A DNA stretch of 64,000 nt from Lachnospiraceae bacterium (GTDB lineage: Bacteria; Bacillota; Clostridia; Lachnospirales; Lachnospiraceae): contig JAQYDI010000161.1 of assembly GCA_028724245.1 (NCBI GenBank), forward strand, positions 12,839 through 76,838, written 5' to 3'. Position 1 is the stretch's first letter. The number at the start of each line of letters is the position of its first letter. The translations under genes were made by a program, and so were the position numbers. This document shows positions 37,509 through 47,466 of the stretch, one piece after another. The notes below the pieces were generated by a model. The model had not been told where the DNA came from and searched no databases. It saw nothing but the letters and a program-made list of their open reading frames with translations.

Positions 37509-39274
37509 TACGCCTGCACCTCCTTCTGATACTGAGAATAATAGATTTCCTGATAGACCTGACAGGATTTCAGCAGTTCTTCGTGTGTACCTTTTCCTGC
37601 CATCCGGCCGTCATCCAGTACGATGATCTGATCTGCCTGCCGGATCGATGCCGCTCTCTGGGATACAATAAATACGGACGGTGCATCCGGAAGCTCCCGG
37701 ATTGCTTTTCTTAATGCAGCATCTGTTGCATAATCAAGGGCAGATGCACTGTCATCAAGAATCAGAATCTGAGGCTTCGATACAAGTGCTCTTGCAATGG
37801 TCAGACGCTGCCGCTGACCGCCGGAAAGGTTCCGGCCGCCCTGTTCGATGACAGCATCAAGACCGCCCTTTTTCTCCACCACATCAGATGCCTGAGCAAT
37901 TCTGATTGCTTCCATGATCTGCTCATCCGCTGCATCTTCACAGCCAAAACGCATATTATCCCGGATCGTTCCATGGAACAGCACCGCCTTCTGGGGCACA
38001 ACGGCAATTCCCCTGCGCAGCGCTTCATAACGGTATTCCCGGACATCACGGCCGTTTACCTCCACAGAACCTGAAGTTGCTTCATAAAACCTCGGAATCA
38101 GGTTAACCAGAGATGTTTTGCCGGAACCGGTACCGCCGATGATTCCGGTTACACTTCCCCGAGGTGCTTCAAAATCAATATCCTCCAGCGAAGTGTCCTG
38201 ACTTCCCTGATAAGTCAGGCTGACATGACGAAAACGTACCGCCGGCACTGCTTTCTGTTCTTCTCCCAATGCAGCCGGTGCGCTTCCCGCACCACAGACA
38301 TCCAGCACATCCACAGTTCCTTCTTTCACGCTGCTGGTCACATCAAATACACCTGCGATCCGGTTACCGCATGCAATTGCTTTATTGATCGTTACCAGAA
38401 GATTGGCAAATTTGATCAGTTCCACCAGAATCTGTGACATATAATTGTAAAGCGCTACCACCTGGCCCTGTGTCAGAATGCCCAGATTCACCTGAATGGC
38501 TCCCGTCCAGATCAGCCAGATCACAGCAGCATTGATCACTACATAAGTCAGCGGATTCATCAGTGCGGATACTTTTCCCGCTTTTTTCTGAACTGATGTA
38601 AACATGCTGTTTCGCTGTTCAAATTCTGCTTTTTCATGCTCCTCCTGACCAAAGGCCCGGATCACCCGCACACCTGTCAGATTTTCTCTGGTGATTCCCA
38701 GAATGGAATCCAGCCGCTGCTGCACCTGACGCATCAGCGGTACGGAAATCCGCATCAGTACAAATATAATAAGAGACAGAAGTACAATCGCTGCCGCAAA
38801 AATCAGCGCCGACCGGAAATCAATGGTAAATGCCATGACCATGGCACCCAATACAATAAACGGAGACCGGAGAAACAGGCGCAGCGTCATATTTACACCG
38901 CTCTGCGTCTGATTCACATCGCTGGTCATCCTCGTGATCATGGTCGAAGTTCCCAGCCGGTCAATTTCCGTATAAGATAAGCTCTGCAGATGTTCAAATA
39001 AAGCATGACGCAGCCTGCTGGCAAATCCCACGGCTGCCCTTGCCGAAAAATACTGTGCCGTAATGGAACAGGTTACGCCGATCAGTCCCAGCGCCACCAG
39101 AACAAGACACATACGGACAATGTAGCCCGTATCACGGGAAGCAATGCCTGTATCGATAATTGCTGCAATCACCAGAGGTACAAACAATTCGAATGTTGCT
39201 TCCAGCATTTTAAAAAGAGGAGCACAGATACATTCTTTTCTGTACGGTTTCAAATAAATAAATAATCTTTTCAT
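37508..39274 (-). CDS. ABC exporter, fused permease/ATPase subunit (degenerate-site partner of a heterodimer)
   Basis: GGTGSGKTS, LSGGQRQR, ILDDSASALD, VSQR (non-canonical Walker B and switch). Confidence 0.93.
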   Translation of the reverse strand: MKRLFIYLKPYRKECICAPLFKMLEATFELFVPLVIAAIIDTGIASRDTGYIVRMCLVLVALGLIGVTCSITAQYFSARAAVGFASRLRHALFEHLQSLSYTEIDRLGTSTMITRMTSDVNQTQSGVNMTLRLFLRSPFIVLGAMVMAFTIDFRSALIFAAAIVLLSLIIFVLMRISVPLMRQVQQRLDSILGITRENLTGVRVIRAFGQEEHEKAEFEQRNSMFTSVQKKAGKVSALMNPLTYVVINAAVIWLIWTGAIQVNLGILTQGQVVALYNYMSQILVELIKFANLLVTINKAIACGNRIAGVFDVTSSVKEGTVDVLDVCGAGSAPAALGEEQKAVPAVRFRHVSLTYQGSQDTSLEDIDFEAPRGSVTGIIGGTGSGKTSLVNLIPRFYEATSGSVEVNGRDVREYRYEALRRGIAVVPQKAVLFHGTIRDNMRFGCEDAADEQIMEAIRIAQASDVVEKKGGLDAVIEQGGRNLSGGQRQRLTIARALVSKPQILILDDSASALDYATDAALRKAIRELPDAPSVFIVSQRAASIRQADQIIVLDDGRMAGKGTHEELLKSCQVYQEIYYSQYQKEVQA

Positions 39275-39308
39275 AAATCATTTCCTCTCATTTTCTCCGG
39301 AATCCGCT

Positions 39309-39773
39309 CTACACATGAAGCTTACATTCCACCAGATCATCTCCCACGTAATGAAGCTTCAAAGAAAAGAACGGACTGTCTTCCATCAGAAGCTTCAGGA
39401 ACACCCTGTCCCCTTCCCACAGCCTCAGATCCATGATTTTCTCCTTTTCAATCCAGCGAAGTTCGCCTTCATTGCAGTTTTCTTCAAGTTTACCCTCAAA
39501 TCCATCTGCCGTATACAAACACATATATTCCACCGGCCATCCATCCGCGCAGAATGTAACCATTCCGCGAAACCGGTAGCTGGTCAGGGTCAGACCGGTT
39601 TCCTCATAAACCTCCCGAAGCAGACATTCATCGGGACTCTCTCCTGCTTCGAAATGCCCTCCGATTCCGATCCATTTGCCTTCATTCACATCATTTTCCT
39701 TTTTGTTCCGGTAAAGCATCAGATACTTTCCATCTTTTTCAATATAACATAATGTCGTTAACGGACTTTTCAT
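39309..39773 (-). CDS. NUDIX hydrolase, MutX/8-oxo-dGTPase-like
   Basis: GGHFEAGESPDECLLREVYEETGL Nudix box; LWEGD; GAGGAG RBS. Confidence 0.9.
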   Translation of the reverse strand: MKSPLTTLCYIEKDGKYLMLYRNKKENDVNEGKWIGIGGHFEAGESPDECLLREVYEETGLTLTSYRFRGMVTFCADGWPVEYMCLYTADGFEGKLEENCNEGELRWIEKEKIMDLRLWEGDRVFLKLLMEDSPFFSLKLHYVGDDLVECKLHV

Positions 39774-39784
39774 ATGACTCCTCC

Positions 39785-40585
39785 TCAAAATCGCTTTCTG
39801 TCTTTCAGCGCCGGGAACTGCTCCCGCCATCCGGCCGACTGTTTCGGATCCAGCTCACACCACAGAATTGTTTCCTGCCCGGATGCCTCCGCCAGTATGT
39901 TTCCCAGCGGATCGACAACCATACTGTGCCCTGCCTCTGCAACACCGCACTGCTCTCCCGCTGCATTGCAGGAAATGACATAAGATTGATTCTCCACTGC
40001 CCGCACCCGGTTAAACAGCCGCCAGTGCTCAAGCCTTGCGGCAGGCCATGCCGCAGTAATCAGAAACAGCTCGGGGACTGCATCCTCCTGAACCCGGAAC
40101 TGTTCCGGAAAACGCAGATCGTAGCAGGTTGCCATGCCGGTTCTTCCGAATTCTGTCTCCACCTCTGTCACAGACTGCCCTGCTGTCAGTATTTTCTGCT
40201 CCATGGATTCAAAACCAAACAGATGAATTTTCCGATAAATCCCCTTCTCACGCCCCTGTCTGTCAAAAAGAACTGAGGTGTTGTAAAAAACGGTATCTTC
40301 CGCCCCCTGCACCTGTTTTTCCACAAAACTGCCGCTGTGGATATAACAATGAAGCCGCTTTGCCCACCGGCTCATAAACTGCCAGGTCTGGCCCTGAAGA
40401 ATTTCAGCCCCATCCCTGTAACCGGCAAAATTCTGAAAACCACATTTCCAGAGTTCCGGAAATATAACCAGATCCGGTTTTTCCGGTGCGTTCTCTATCT
40501 GCTCCAGATAAGACTCCGCCTTTTTCAGACGGTCATTACCGTTCTCCCCGTCCGTCACAGCCATCTGTATCAGTACCACATTCAC
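39785..40585 (-). CDS. Carbon-nitrogen hydrolase (nitrilase family)
   Basis: FPELW, YRKIHLF, TCYDLRFPE (E-K-C triad), RAVENQ; GTG start with AGGAGG. Confidence 0.9.
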   Translation of the reverse strand: MNVVLIQMAVTDGENGNDRLKKAESYLEQIENAPEKPDLVIFPELWKCGFQNFAGYRDGAEILQGQTWQFMSRWAKRLHCYIHSGSFVEKQVQGAEDTVFYNTSVLFDRQGREKGIYRKIHLFGFESMEQKILTAGQSVTEVETEFGRTGMATCYDLRFPEQFRVQEDAVPELFLITAAWPAARLEHWRLFNRVRAVENQSYVISCNAAGEQCGVAEAGHSMVVDPLGNILAEASGQETILWCELDPKQSAGWREQFPALKDRKRF

Positions 40586-40679
40586 GTTGTCTTCCTCCTG
40601 TATTCGCCTCAGAAAAAGGAAAGCGCCGGCTTTCCTTTTCTTTCCACAGTATATATGATTTTGAGAAAAAAAACAATGA

Positions 40680-40702
40680 GTTACTGTTCGGACTTCGGCC
40701 TC
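40680..40702. mobile_element. Solo MITE end (subfamily B)
   Basis: GTTACTGTTCGGACTTCGGCCT matches the ends at 33818 and 50257. Confidence 0.65.
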
Positions 40703-40714
40703 AAAATTACACAT

Positions 40715-40782
40715 AAAAAGCATACCCGGAAGTGTTTTTCCGACCATAATTATGTCAGAAAAGCTCCTGCTTCCGGGTATGC
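40715..40782 (-). terminator. clpB terminator
   Basis: GCATACCCGGAAG / CTTCCGGGTATGC 13-bp stem with a T run on the minus strand. Confidence 0.65.
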
Positions 40783-40802
40783 CTGTTGTTTTTTAATTGT
40801 GT

Positions 40803-43400
40803 TTATTCTTTAGGATAGCTGATGACCACCGCATTCAGCTGATCGTCTTCCAGGCAGATCTGGATGGTGTCTCCTTCGCTGATATCGCCGCCGAGGATGA
40901 TTCTGGCTGCCAGGGTTTCTACATGTTTCTGGAGATAACGTTTCAGGGGACGCGCACCGTAAACGGGATCGTATCCATTGTCTGCTATAAAATGCTTTGC
41001 TTCTTCTGTCAGTTCTACAGAGAGCTGGCGTTCCTGCAGTCTCCGGTTCAGATCCATCATCATCAGATCAATGATGCCGCCGATATTGTCACGTGTCAGA
41101 GGTTTGAACATGATGGTTTCATCAATACGGTTCAGAAACTCCGGTCTGAAGTGGGCCCGTAGCTCCTGTGTTACCATATTTCTGGCCTCCTCACTGATCT
41201 CTCCATCTGCATCGATACCATCCAGCAGGTAGGAGGAACCGATGTTGGAGGTCATGATCAGAATCGTATTCTTGAAATCAACAGTACGTCCCTGTGAATC
41301 TGTGATCCGGCCGTCATCCAGCACCTGAAGCAGCACATTGAACACATCGGGATGTGCCTTTTCAATTTCATCAAACAGAACCACCGAATACGGTTTTCTG
41401 CGGACTGCTTCTGTCAGCTGTCCGCCTTCATCATAGCCCACATATCCAGGCGGTGCTCCGATCAGTCTTGATACGGAGAATTTCTCCATATATTCACTCA
41501 TATCGATACGCACCATATTGTTCTCGTCATCAAACAGACTTTCTGCCAGCGCTTTCGCCAGCTCCGTCTTACCGACACCGGTAGGACCCAGGAACAGAAA
41601 TGATCCGATGGGCTTGTCAGGATCTTTGATACCGGCTTTGGAACGAATGATAGCCTCCGTTACTTTCTGCACGCCTTCATCCTGACCAATCACACGTTTA
41701 TGCAGTTCTTCATCCAGATGCAGCGTCTTATTCTTCTCGCTTTCAGTCAATTTTGCCACCGGGATACCGGTCCATCTGGACACGATTCTGGAAATCTCCT
41801 CATCTGTAACTGCTTCATGGACAAGGGACAGATCCTTCTTCTTAACAGCTTCTTCTTCTGCTTCCAGTTCTTTTTTCAGCTGGGGCAGTTTACCGTACAT
41901 CAACTCTGCTGCTTTGTTCAGATCGTAATTCTGCTGCGCGGTCTGGATATCGCTGTTGACTGCATCGATCTCCTCACGCAGCTTCTTCAGTTTTTCAACA
42001 GAAGCTTTTTCGCTGTCCAGATTTGCTTTCATGGCTGAGAATTTCTCACGCAGTTCCGCCAGTTCTTTCTGAAGATCTTCCAGACGCTCCATGCTGAGAC
42101 GGTCTGTCTCCTTTTTCAGCGCAGCCTCCTCGATCTCCAGCTGCATGATCTTACGCTGCAGTTCATCCATCTCTGCCGGCATGGAATCCATCTCCGTCTT
42201 AACCAGAGCACATGCTTCATCCACCAGATCGATGGCCTTGTCAGGCAGGAAGCGGTCGGTAATATAACGATGAGACAGTGTGGCCGCGCTGACCAGCGCC
42301 GAATCGGTAATTTTCACACCATGATAAACTTCATAGCGGTCTTTGATGCCACGAAGAATGGAAATGGTATCCTCTACCGTGGGTTCATCCACTGTAACCG
42401 GCTGGAAACGCCGTTCCAGAGCTGCATCCTTTTCAATATACTTCCGGTACTCATCAAGGGTCGTTGCACCGATGCAGTGAAGTTCACCTCTTGCCAGCAT
42501 GGGTTTTAACATATTGCCGGCATCCATGGCACCGTCACTTTTACCTGCTCCCACAATAGTATGAAGCTCATCGATAAACAGAATAATTCTGCCTTCACTT
42601 TTTCGGACTTCATCCAGAACAGCTTTCAGACGCTCTTCAAATTCACCGCGGTACTTGGCACCTGCAACCAGAGCTCCCATATCCAGTGAAAAAATCGTTT
42701 TATTTTTCAGTGTTTCAGGTACATCTCCGCGTACAATACGCTGTGCCAGACCTTCTGCAACTGCAGTTTTACCAACACCGGGTTCCCCGATCAGAACGGG
42801 ATTGTTTTTTGTTTTACGCGACAGAATACGGATCACATTGCGGATCTCGCTGTCTCTGCCGATGACAGGATCCAGCTTCTGTTCAGAAGCCCTCTGCACC
42901 AGATCCACACCGTACTTGTTCAGTGTGTCATAAGTCACCTCGGGATTGTCAGAGGTTACTCTCTGGTTTCCGCGCACGGTTGACAGTGCCTGAAGGAAAC
43001 GGTCTCTGGTAATTCCATACTCTTTAAACAGTCCTTTTATCGCCTGATTGGGATCCGCCAGCATGGCAAGAAACAGATGTTCAACAGAAACATACTCGTC
43101 TCCCATACGTTTTGCTTCATCTTCTGCATGAAGCAGAACCTGATTCAATGCCTGACTGATATATACCTTTCCGCCGGATACTTTGACACGCTTTTCAATC
43201 AACTGTCTGACCCGTCCGGTAAATTGCTCTCCATTAATCTCCATCTTCTCAATCATTCTGAGAATCAGGCTCTGATCCAGCTGCAGCAAACTGTACAGCA
43301 GATGTTCCTGATCAATCTCCTGATTGCCGAAATCATATGCCAGCTTTTCACAATTCTGAACCGCCTGCAGAGAATTCTGCGTAAATTTACTGATATTCAT
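40803..43400 (-). CDS. clpB: ATP-dependent chaperone ClpB
   Basis: Two AAA+ modules ([16 protein letters not shown]), [12 protein letters not shown], long coiled-coil M domain, GAPPGYVGY; start MNISKFT with AGGAG. Confidence 0.96.
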   Translation of the reverse strand: MNISKFTQNSLQAVQNCEKLAYDFGNQEIDQEHLLYSLLQLDQSLILRMIEKMEINGEQFTGRVRQLIEKRVKVSGGKVYISQALNQVLLHAEDEAKRMGDEYVSVEHLFLAMLADPNQAIKGLFKEYGITRDRFLQALSTVRGNQRVTSDNPEVTYDTLNKYGVDLVQRASEQKLDPVIGRDSEIRNVIRILSRKTKNNPVLIGEPGVGKTAVAEGLAQRIVRGDVPETLKNKTIFSLDMGALVAGAKYRGEFEERLKAVLDEVRKSEGRIILFIDELHTIVGAGKSDGAMDAGNMLKPMLARGELHCIGATTLDEYRKYIEKDAALERRFQPVTVDEPTVEDTISILRGIKDRYEVYHGVKITDSALVSAATLSHRYITDRFLPDKAIDLVDEACALVKTEMDSMPAEMDELQRKIMQLEIEEAALKKETDRLSMERLEDLQKELAELREKFSAMKANLDSEKASVEKLKKLREEIDAVNSDIQTAQQNYDLNKAAELMYGKLPQLKKELEAEEEAVKKKDLSLVHEAVTDEEISRIVSRWTGIPVAKLTESEKNKTLHLDEELHKRVIGQDEGVQKVTEAIIRSKAGIKDPDKPIGSFLFLGPTGVGKTELAKALAESLFDDENNMVRIDMSEYMEKFSVSRLIGAPPGYVGYDEGGQLTEAVRRKPYSVVLFDEIEKAHPDVFNVLLQVLDDGRITDSQGRTVDFKNTILIMTSNIGSSYLLDGIDADGEISEEARNMVTQELRAHFRPEFLNRIDETIMFKPLTRDNIGGIIDLMMMDLNRRLQERQLSVELTEEAKHFIADNGYDPVYGARPLKRYLQKHVETLAARIILGGDISEGDTIQICLEDDQLNAVVISYPKE

Positions 43401-43461
43401 ATGCACTCCTTCTGTCCTTTCCAGGACTGCAGTCATATCTTTGTTGTTTTGTTCTATTACT

Positions 43462-43489
43462 ACTATAACACTTATATCATATATGTCAA
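43462..43489 (-). promoter_or_regulatory. Probable clpB promoter
   Basis: TTGACA-16 nt-TATAGT. Confidence 0.5.
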
Positions 43490-43520
43490 GCACTTTTTTA
43501 GAAATATTTACCGTATGCGT

Positions 43521-44900
43521 TCAGGATACTGCCGCTAAAATATCCGTAAGCATATCCAGCGCTTCCTGCCAGCTTTTTTCAGGCACACTGCTGCAGGAAA
43601 GATAAATACCGCCCGGCTGTTCCTTTTCATCAGAAAAAATACCTGTTTTGATTCCCTTCGCCAACAGCTGCGCCTGCAGTTTCTCCACCGGGCAATCAGA
43701 TGGAAACCCGATCTTTACAATCATTCCCGATTTTCCCTGCGTCATCCGCATCCTGATCTGTTTTGCTTCCATCATATGTTCCAGAAGTTCCTGAAAATGT
43801 CCGCTTTTCTCTTCATACATCTTCCTTGTTTTCCTGATCTGGGACTGAAGATGCCCGTCACGTATATACTGGCACAATGCAATCTGGTCTGCTTTCGAAA
43901 CCGTCTGATTATAAAGGGCTTTTCGCTTTCCGTAATTCTCCAGAAGCTCATCCGGCAGAATCATAAAACTGATACGGATAGAAGGCAGCAGCATTCTGGA
44001 AAATGTACTGAGATAAATCACATTCCTGCCTCCATCCAGTCCCTGCAGGGCCTGTGCAGGATGATTCATATAAGCGAATTCGCTGTCATAATCATCCTCA
44101 ATCACCATACTTCCCGTTTCTGCTGCCTGCTGCAGCAGCAGAAAACGATCCTTCACCGGCATGATATCTCCCCAGCGGTTCAGATGCGACGGCGTTGCAT
44201 AAATCAGATCCGCGGAGCCGGACATACCCGGTTCATTGCACACGGTAAAACCGTAATCTTCAAATACGGCCTGTCCCTGTCTGAAATGCGGGTCCAGAAA
44301 CCGGATTGTTTTCCGTTCCTTAAGCAGCGGGCACAATATATGGAGAAGACTCTGAAATCCCGCCCCGATCACAATATGATCCGGACTGCATACCACGTTT
44401 CTGTTTCTGGTCAGATAATCGCTGATCACCCTGCGCAGATCTTCCTCCCCCTGAGGATCACCATAAGTAATCAGCCGTTCTCCCTGACGCAGCGCACTCT
44501 TCACATATCGCCTCCAGAGATCCAGATTAAAGCTCTCCTGTCCCCCGGAAGTAGAAGAAAAATCAAATCTGACCGCTTCAGACGCCCCGGCAGCCGATTT
44601 GCCGGAGCCAGACTCCGGAACTTCAGCAGACTGTGCTTTTTTCTGTTCCCTGCGCCGGCTGTGTTCCTGCCACAGGCCGGTCACATAATATCCGCTCTGG
44701 GGACGGGAAATAATATACCCATCCGCAGCCAGAAGCATATAAGCCATTTCCGCCGTCGTCCGGCTGACCTGAAGCTGAGCAGCACATTGCCGGATCGACG
44801 GCAGCTTCGCTCCCTGTTTCATCTTCCCGCTCAGAATCAGTTCTTTATAATACTCATACAGCTGCATATAAAGCAGCGAATCACCATTCCGATTCAACAT
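43521..44900 (-). CDS. MocR/GabR family regulator (GntR HTH plus PLP-dependent aminotransferase-like domain)
   Basis: KLPSIRQCAAQLQVSRTT, YGDPQGE, IEDDYDSEF, IYLSTFSR. Confidence 0.9.
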   Translation of the reverse strand: MLNRNGDSLLYMQLYEYYKELILSGKMKQGAKLPSIRQCAAQLQVSRTTAEMAYMLLAADGYIISRPQSGYYVTGLWQEHSRRREQKKAQSAEVPESGSGKSAAGASEAVRFDFSSTSGGQESFNLDLWRRYVKSALRQGERLITYGDPQGEEDLRRVISDYLTRNRNVVCSPDHIVIGAGFQSLLHILCPLLKERKTIRFLDPHFRQGQAVFEDYGFTVCNEPGMSGSADLIYATPSHLNRWGDIMPVKDRFLLLQQAAETGSMVIEDDYDSEFAYMNHPAQALQGLDGGRNVIYLSTFSRMLLPSIRISFMILPDELLENYGKRKALYNQTVSKADQIALCQYIRDGHLQSQIRKTRKMYEEKSGHFQELLEHMMEAKQIRMRMTQGKSGMIVKIGFPSDCPVEKLQAQLLAKGIKTGIFSDEKEQPGGIYLSCSSVPEKSWQEALDMLTDILAAVS

Positions 44901-44923
44901 ATATCTTCCCTCCGGATACAGAA

Positions 44924-44961
44924 AAGACCATAGCATCTTTCTGCTGCCGTGCTATGGTCTT
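44924..44961 (-). terminator. Hairpin after the ribonuclease gene
   Basis: AAGACCATAGCA / TGCTATGGTCTT 12-bp stem followed by TTCT on the minus strand. Confidence 0.6.
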
Positions 44962-44966
44962 CTGTG

Positions 44967-45605
44967 TTAATAAAGCTGTTTAAATGTTTTATAATGGTCG
45001 CCTGTATAATAAATCAGACCGTCGTTTGAATACAGAAGCCTCTCAGCACCTCTGTATCCGCCCTCATAATTGACATCACATTCATACCATCTGCGCCCTT
45101 CCCTGTCAGGAAGCTCGCCTTCATAATTACCGAAACGGCTTCCGCCGATACTCATACCGTCTGCCACATCCCACAGGTTGCCCTTTGAGCTGTCCCAGCC
45201 GGCGGCCTCCGCATCCTTTTTCGTTATGTAGTTGGACGGCAGATGACCGTACAGGTGAAGATACAATGCAACCTGCTCCGGTGATGTGTAAATCCCGTCT
45301 TCAACAACCGCATCCTCTGCAGATTCCGTAAGGATTTCCGATTCCACATCGTCATCTATCTGATCGTATGTGCTTTCCGATTCCTGATCACTGCCTGCCT
45401 GATCGTATATGCTGTCTGACTCCTGATCACTGTCTGCCTGATCATACACACTGTCTGCTTCCGTATATGAAGCATCTGTTTCTATCAGGGAATACAACTC
45501 CTGAAGGGACGCTTCATCACATCCGCTGAAAACACCGGTCAGGACACAGAGCATGACCAGAAGAACAGCTGACAGAATTCGTCCGGCTTTTTTACCGCAT
45601 CTCAT
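44967..45605 (-). CDS. Barnase/binase-like ribonuclease, predicted lipoprotein
   Basis: Signal peptide with FSGC lipobox, acidic linker, then LPSNYITK...GW...GNL...IGG.RFGNYEGELP...WYECDVNY.GGYRGAERLLYSNDGLIYYTGDHYKTF. Confidence 0.9.
   Translation of the reverse strand: MRCGKKAGRILSAVLLVMLCVLTGVFSGCDEASLQELYSLIETDASYTEADSVYDQADSDQESDSIYDQAGSDQESESTYDQIDDDVESEILTESAEDAVVEDGIYTSPEQVALYLHLYGHLPSNYITKKDAEAAGWDSSKGNLWDVADGMSIGGSRFGNYEGELPDREGRRWYECDVNYEGGYRGAERLLYSNDGLIYYTGDHYKTFKQLY
45360..45457 (-). repeat. 39-bp coding tandem repeat (about 2.5 copies) in the RNase linker
   Basis: Encodes DSVYDQADSDQES / DSIYDQAGSDQES / ESTYDQ. Confidence 0.8.
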
Positions 45606-46029
45606 CATCGTCCTCCATATCCTCCATGTCATATTCATCATCCGCATCATTCACATAATTGGTATCACCGTAAAATTCACGGCCTACCACCCGATGTCTT
45701 GTTCTTGCCTCCTCGATCATATCAGACAGAAGTTCCTTAACCTGACGTGGATGTTTGATATTCTCCAGACGAATTTCCGGATTGGAATCCACGCGGCATT
45801 TCAGAATCAGCGTCCCGGTTCCATAAAGTTTCTGGGAAAGTGTCTGCTTCATGGTCAGATCCACCACACGGTACAGCAGCAATTCATCGGAACTGGTACT
45901 GAAAAATCCCCGTTCCTCATACAAACGGTCATTTTTTAATTCATAAGTTGTAAAACTGAAAGGAAACCACATAAAATGTTTTCTGTCCTTCCAGACGGTT
46001 TTATTCTTTCCTGTGTCATGTCCAGCCAT
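45592..46029 (-). CDS. Bacterial PH domain (bPH_2) protein
   Basis: FTTYEL..DRL...RGFFS...DELLLYRVVDL...QTLSQKLYGTGTL; GGAGG RBS. Confidence 0.85.
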   Translation of the reverse strand: MAGHDTGKNKTVWKDRKHFMWFPFSFTTYELKNDRLYEERGFFSTSSDELLLYRVVDLTMKQTLSQKLYGTGTLILKCRVDSNPEIRLENIKHPRQVKELLSDMIEEARTRHRVVGREFYGDTNYVNDADDEYDMEDMEDDDEMR

Positions 46030-46111
46030 AACCATACCTCCGTAACTGTCATTACAAATCACCACGAAAACAAAGAACGATATTCATCCCTCATTTACCG
46101 CATCATACAAC

Positions 46112-46140
46112 AGTATAGCTGAACTCCCATAGTACCGCAA
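46112..46140 (-). promoter_or_regulatory. Promoter of the PH-domain/RNase operon
   Basis: TTGCGG-17 nt-TATACT. Confidence 0.55.
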
Positions 46141-46229
46141 GTAAAACGTAAATTTTTTTTATTTATATTTTGTTTATTCTGCTCCGTTTTTTACTATAAA
46201 ATATGCTTTTCCCGTGATATTATACAAAT

Positions 46230-46365
46230 ATCACAGGAACTGATTTACAGAAGAATCAGATATCCGCGCGGGAGATATGGCAATGGGGTCATGTCTGCAG
46301 ATATCTTTACACAGAAAACCGATTGAAACCGCTTCTCCATAAACTGCGGATTCAATCGGTTTTAT
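46230..46365 (+). ncRNA. Candidate structured small RNA with two A1/G4 hexaloop hairpins
   Basis: Extended -10 TGATATTAT (46215-46223); hairpins CTGATTT-ACAGAA-GAATCAG and AGATATGGC-AATGGG-GTCATGTCT; ends at the 46315-46363 terminator. No expression evidence. Confidence 0.3.
46315..46363. terminator. Bidirectional terminator downstream of the AraC gene
   Basis: AAAACCGATTGAA.CCGC ... GCGG.TTCAATCGGTTTT. Confidence 0.75.
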
Positions 46366-46388
46366 TTATATAATGGGAAACTGCGTTT

Positions 46389-47279
46389 CTATTCTGCCAG
46401 AAACAGATTTTTCCATTCTCTGGGGGTAAATGTTTCCCTGTGATAATAATCCATATCCTGACGTCCGACATTCTCGATTTTTTGATAAAGACGGTCCTGT
46501 CTGACCATGCTTACATAATTTTTCGGTGTTACACCGGTAAATTCCTTAAAATATTTGACAAAATGAGACTGATCATAATAGCCCAGTGCATTGGATACTT
46601 CGGTAATATCCATATCGCTGCGGCAGCCAAGATATTCCAGTGATTTCTGGAATTTAATATATTTGCACAGTGTTTTGGGGGACATGCCGAAGCCTGCCTT
46701 GATCATCTTGCTCATATAGCGCTGGGAATAACCCAGATGACGGCTCAGCTCATCAATGCGGATATCTCCGTTTGTCCTGCTGACCATGGCATAAATGGAC
46801 GGTACCTGTGAATTCAGATTATGTTCTGCACTGCTGCTGAGAAACTCTTCAAACACCCGCTGAAAAATCCTGCAGCGCTGGGAGAATCCATTCTCCTCCT
46901 GAAAATATCTGCGGATCTCCTCTGCATATACAGCCTCATTCAGAAACCGCTGAACATGTCCCACGATTCCCGGAATAAAACGAATTCCGAAATACTCTGT
47001 ATCAGGTTTCAGTTTTACAAACATCGCTTCCACATCAGGTTCAAGTGTCATTATGGAAAACTCTGATTGGTCGCAGGTTATTAAAGTCTGTATTCCCACA
47101 TCCGGAACCATTCGAAAAGTGATATAACCATCTTCATCTGCTCTTTCAGCGCCATAGGTACAGAAACTGAAAAATTCCTGTATTCCTCTCTGGTAAACCG
47201 GATATTTATAATATCTGGCTGTCGTCTGAAGCAGATATGGCTGAACCGGATCTATAAATGATAATGTGTAAGCTGACAT
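46389..47279 (-). CDS. AraC family transcriptional regulator
   Basis: IDELSRHLGYSQRYM...GMSPK, LGYYDQSHFVKYFKEFTGVTPKNY; AAGGAG RBS. Confidence 0.9.
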   Translation of the reverse strand: MSAYTLSFIDPVQPYLLQTTARYYKYPVYQRGIQEFFSFCTYGAERADEDGYITFRMVPDVGIQTLITCDQSEFSIMTLEPDVEAMFVKLKPDTEYFGIRFIPGIVGHVQRFLNEAVYAEEIRRYFQEENGFSQRCRIFQRVFEEFLSSSAEHNLNSQVPSIYAMVSRTNGDIRIDELSRHLGYSQRYMSKMIKAGFGMSPKTLCKYIKFQKSLEYLGCRSDMDITEVSNALGYYDQSHFVKYFKEFTGVTPKNYVSMVRQDRLYQKIENVGRQDMDYYHRETFTPREWKNLFLAE

Positions 47280-47301
47280 TTATGTCTCCTTCCTTTTTAT
47301 C

Positions 47302-47392
47302 AAAAACAAAAAAAGGCGGTAAGACATAATGTCTCACCGCCTTTGACGAAACTGTTGTATAGGAGTATAGAACATAATCTTTAAAATGTCAA
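47302..47392 (-). promoter_or_regulatory. Promoter plus leader terminator (attenuator) of the AraC gene
   Basis: TTGACA-17 nt-TATACT (47392-47364), then AAAGGCGGTGAGAC-ATTAT-GTCTTACCGCCTTT and a T run just before the RBS. Confidence 0.7.
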
Positions 47393-47466
47393 CCGAAGAA
47401 TTGAAAATAAAACATGCTGTGTCATTCCATAATCCATTAATCCCATAACTCCGTAATTCAATAATT

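Noticed and set aside
43401-43520. CIRCE (HrcA) or CtsR operator upstream of clpB
   Set aside because: No TTAGCACTC-N9-GAGTGCTAA or tandem GGTCAAA heptads could be matched.
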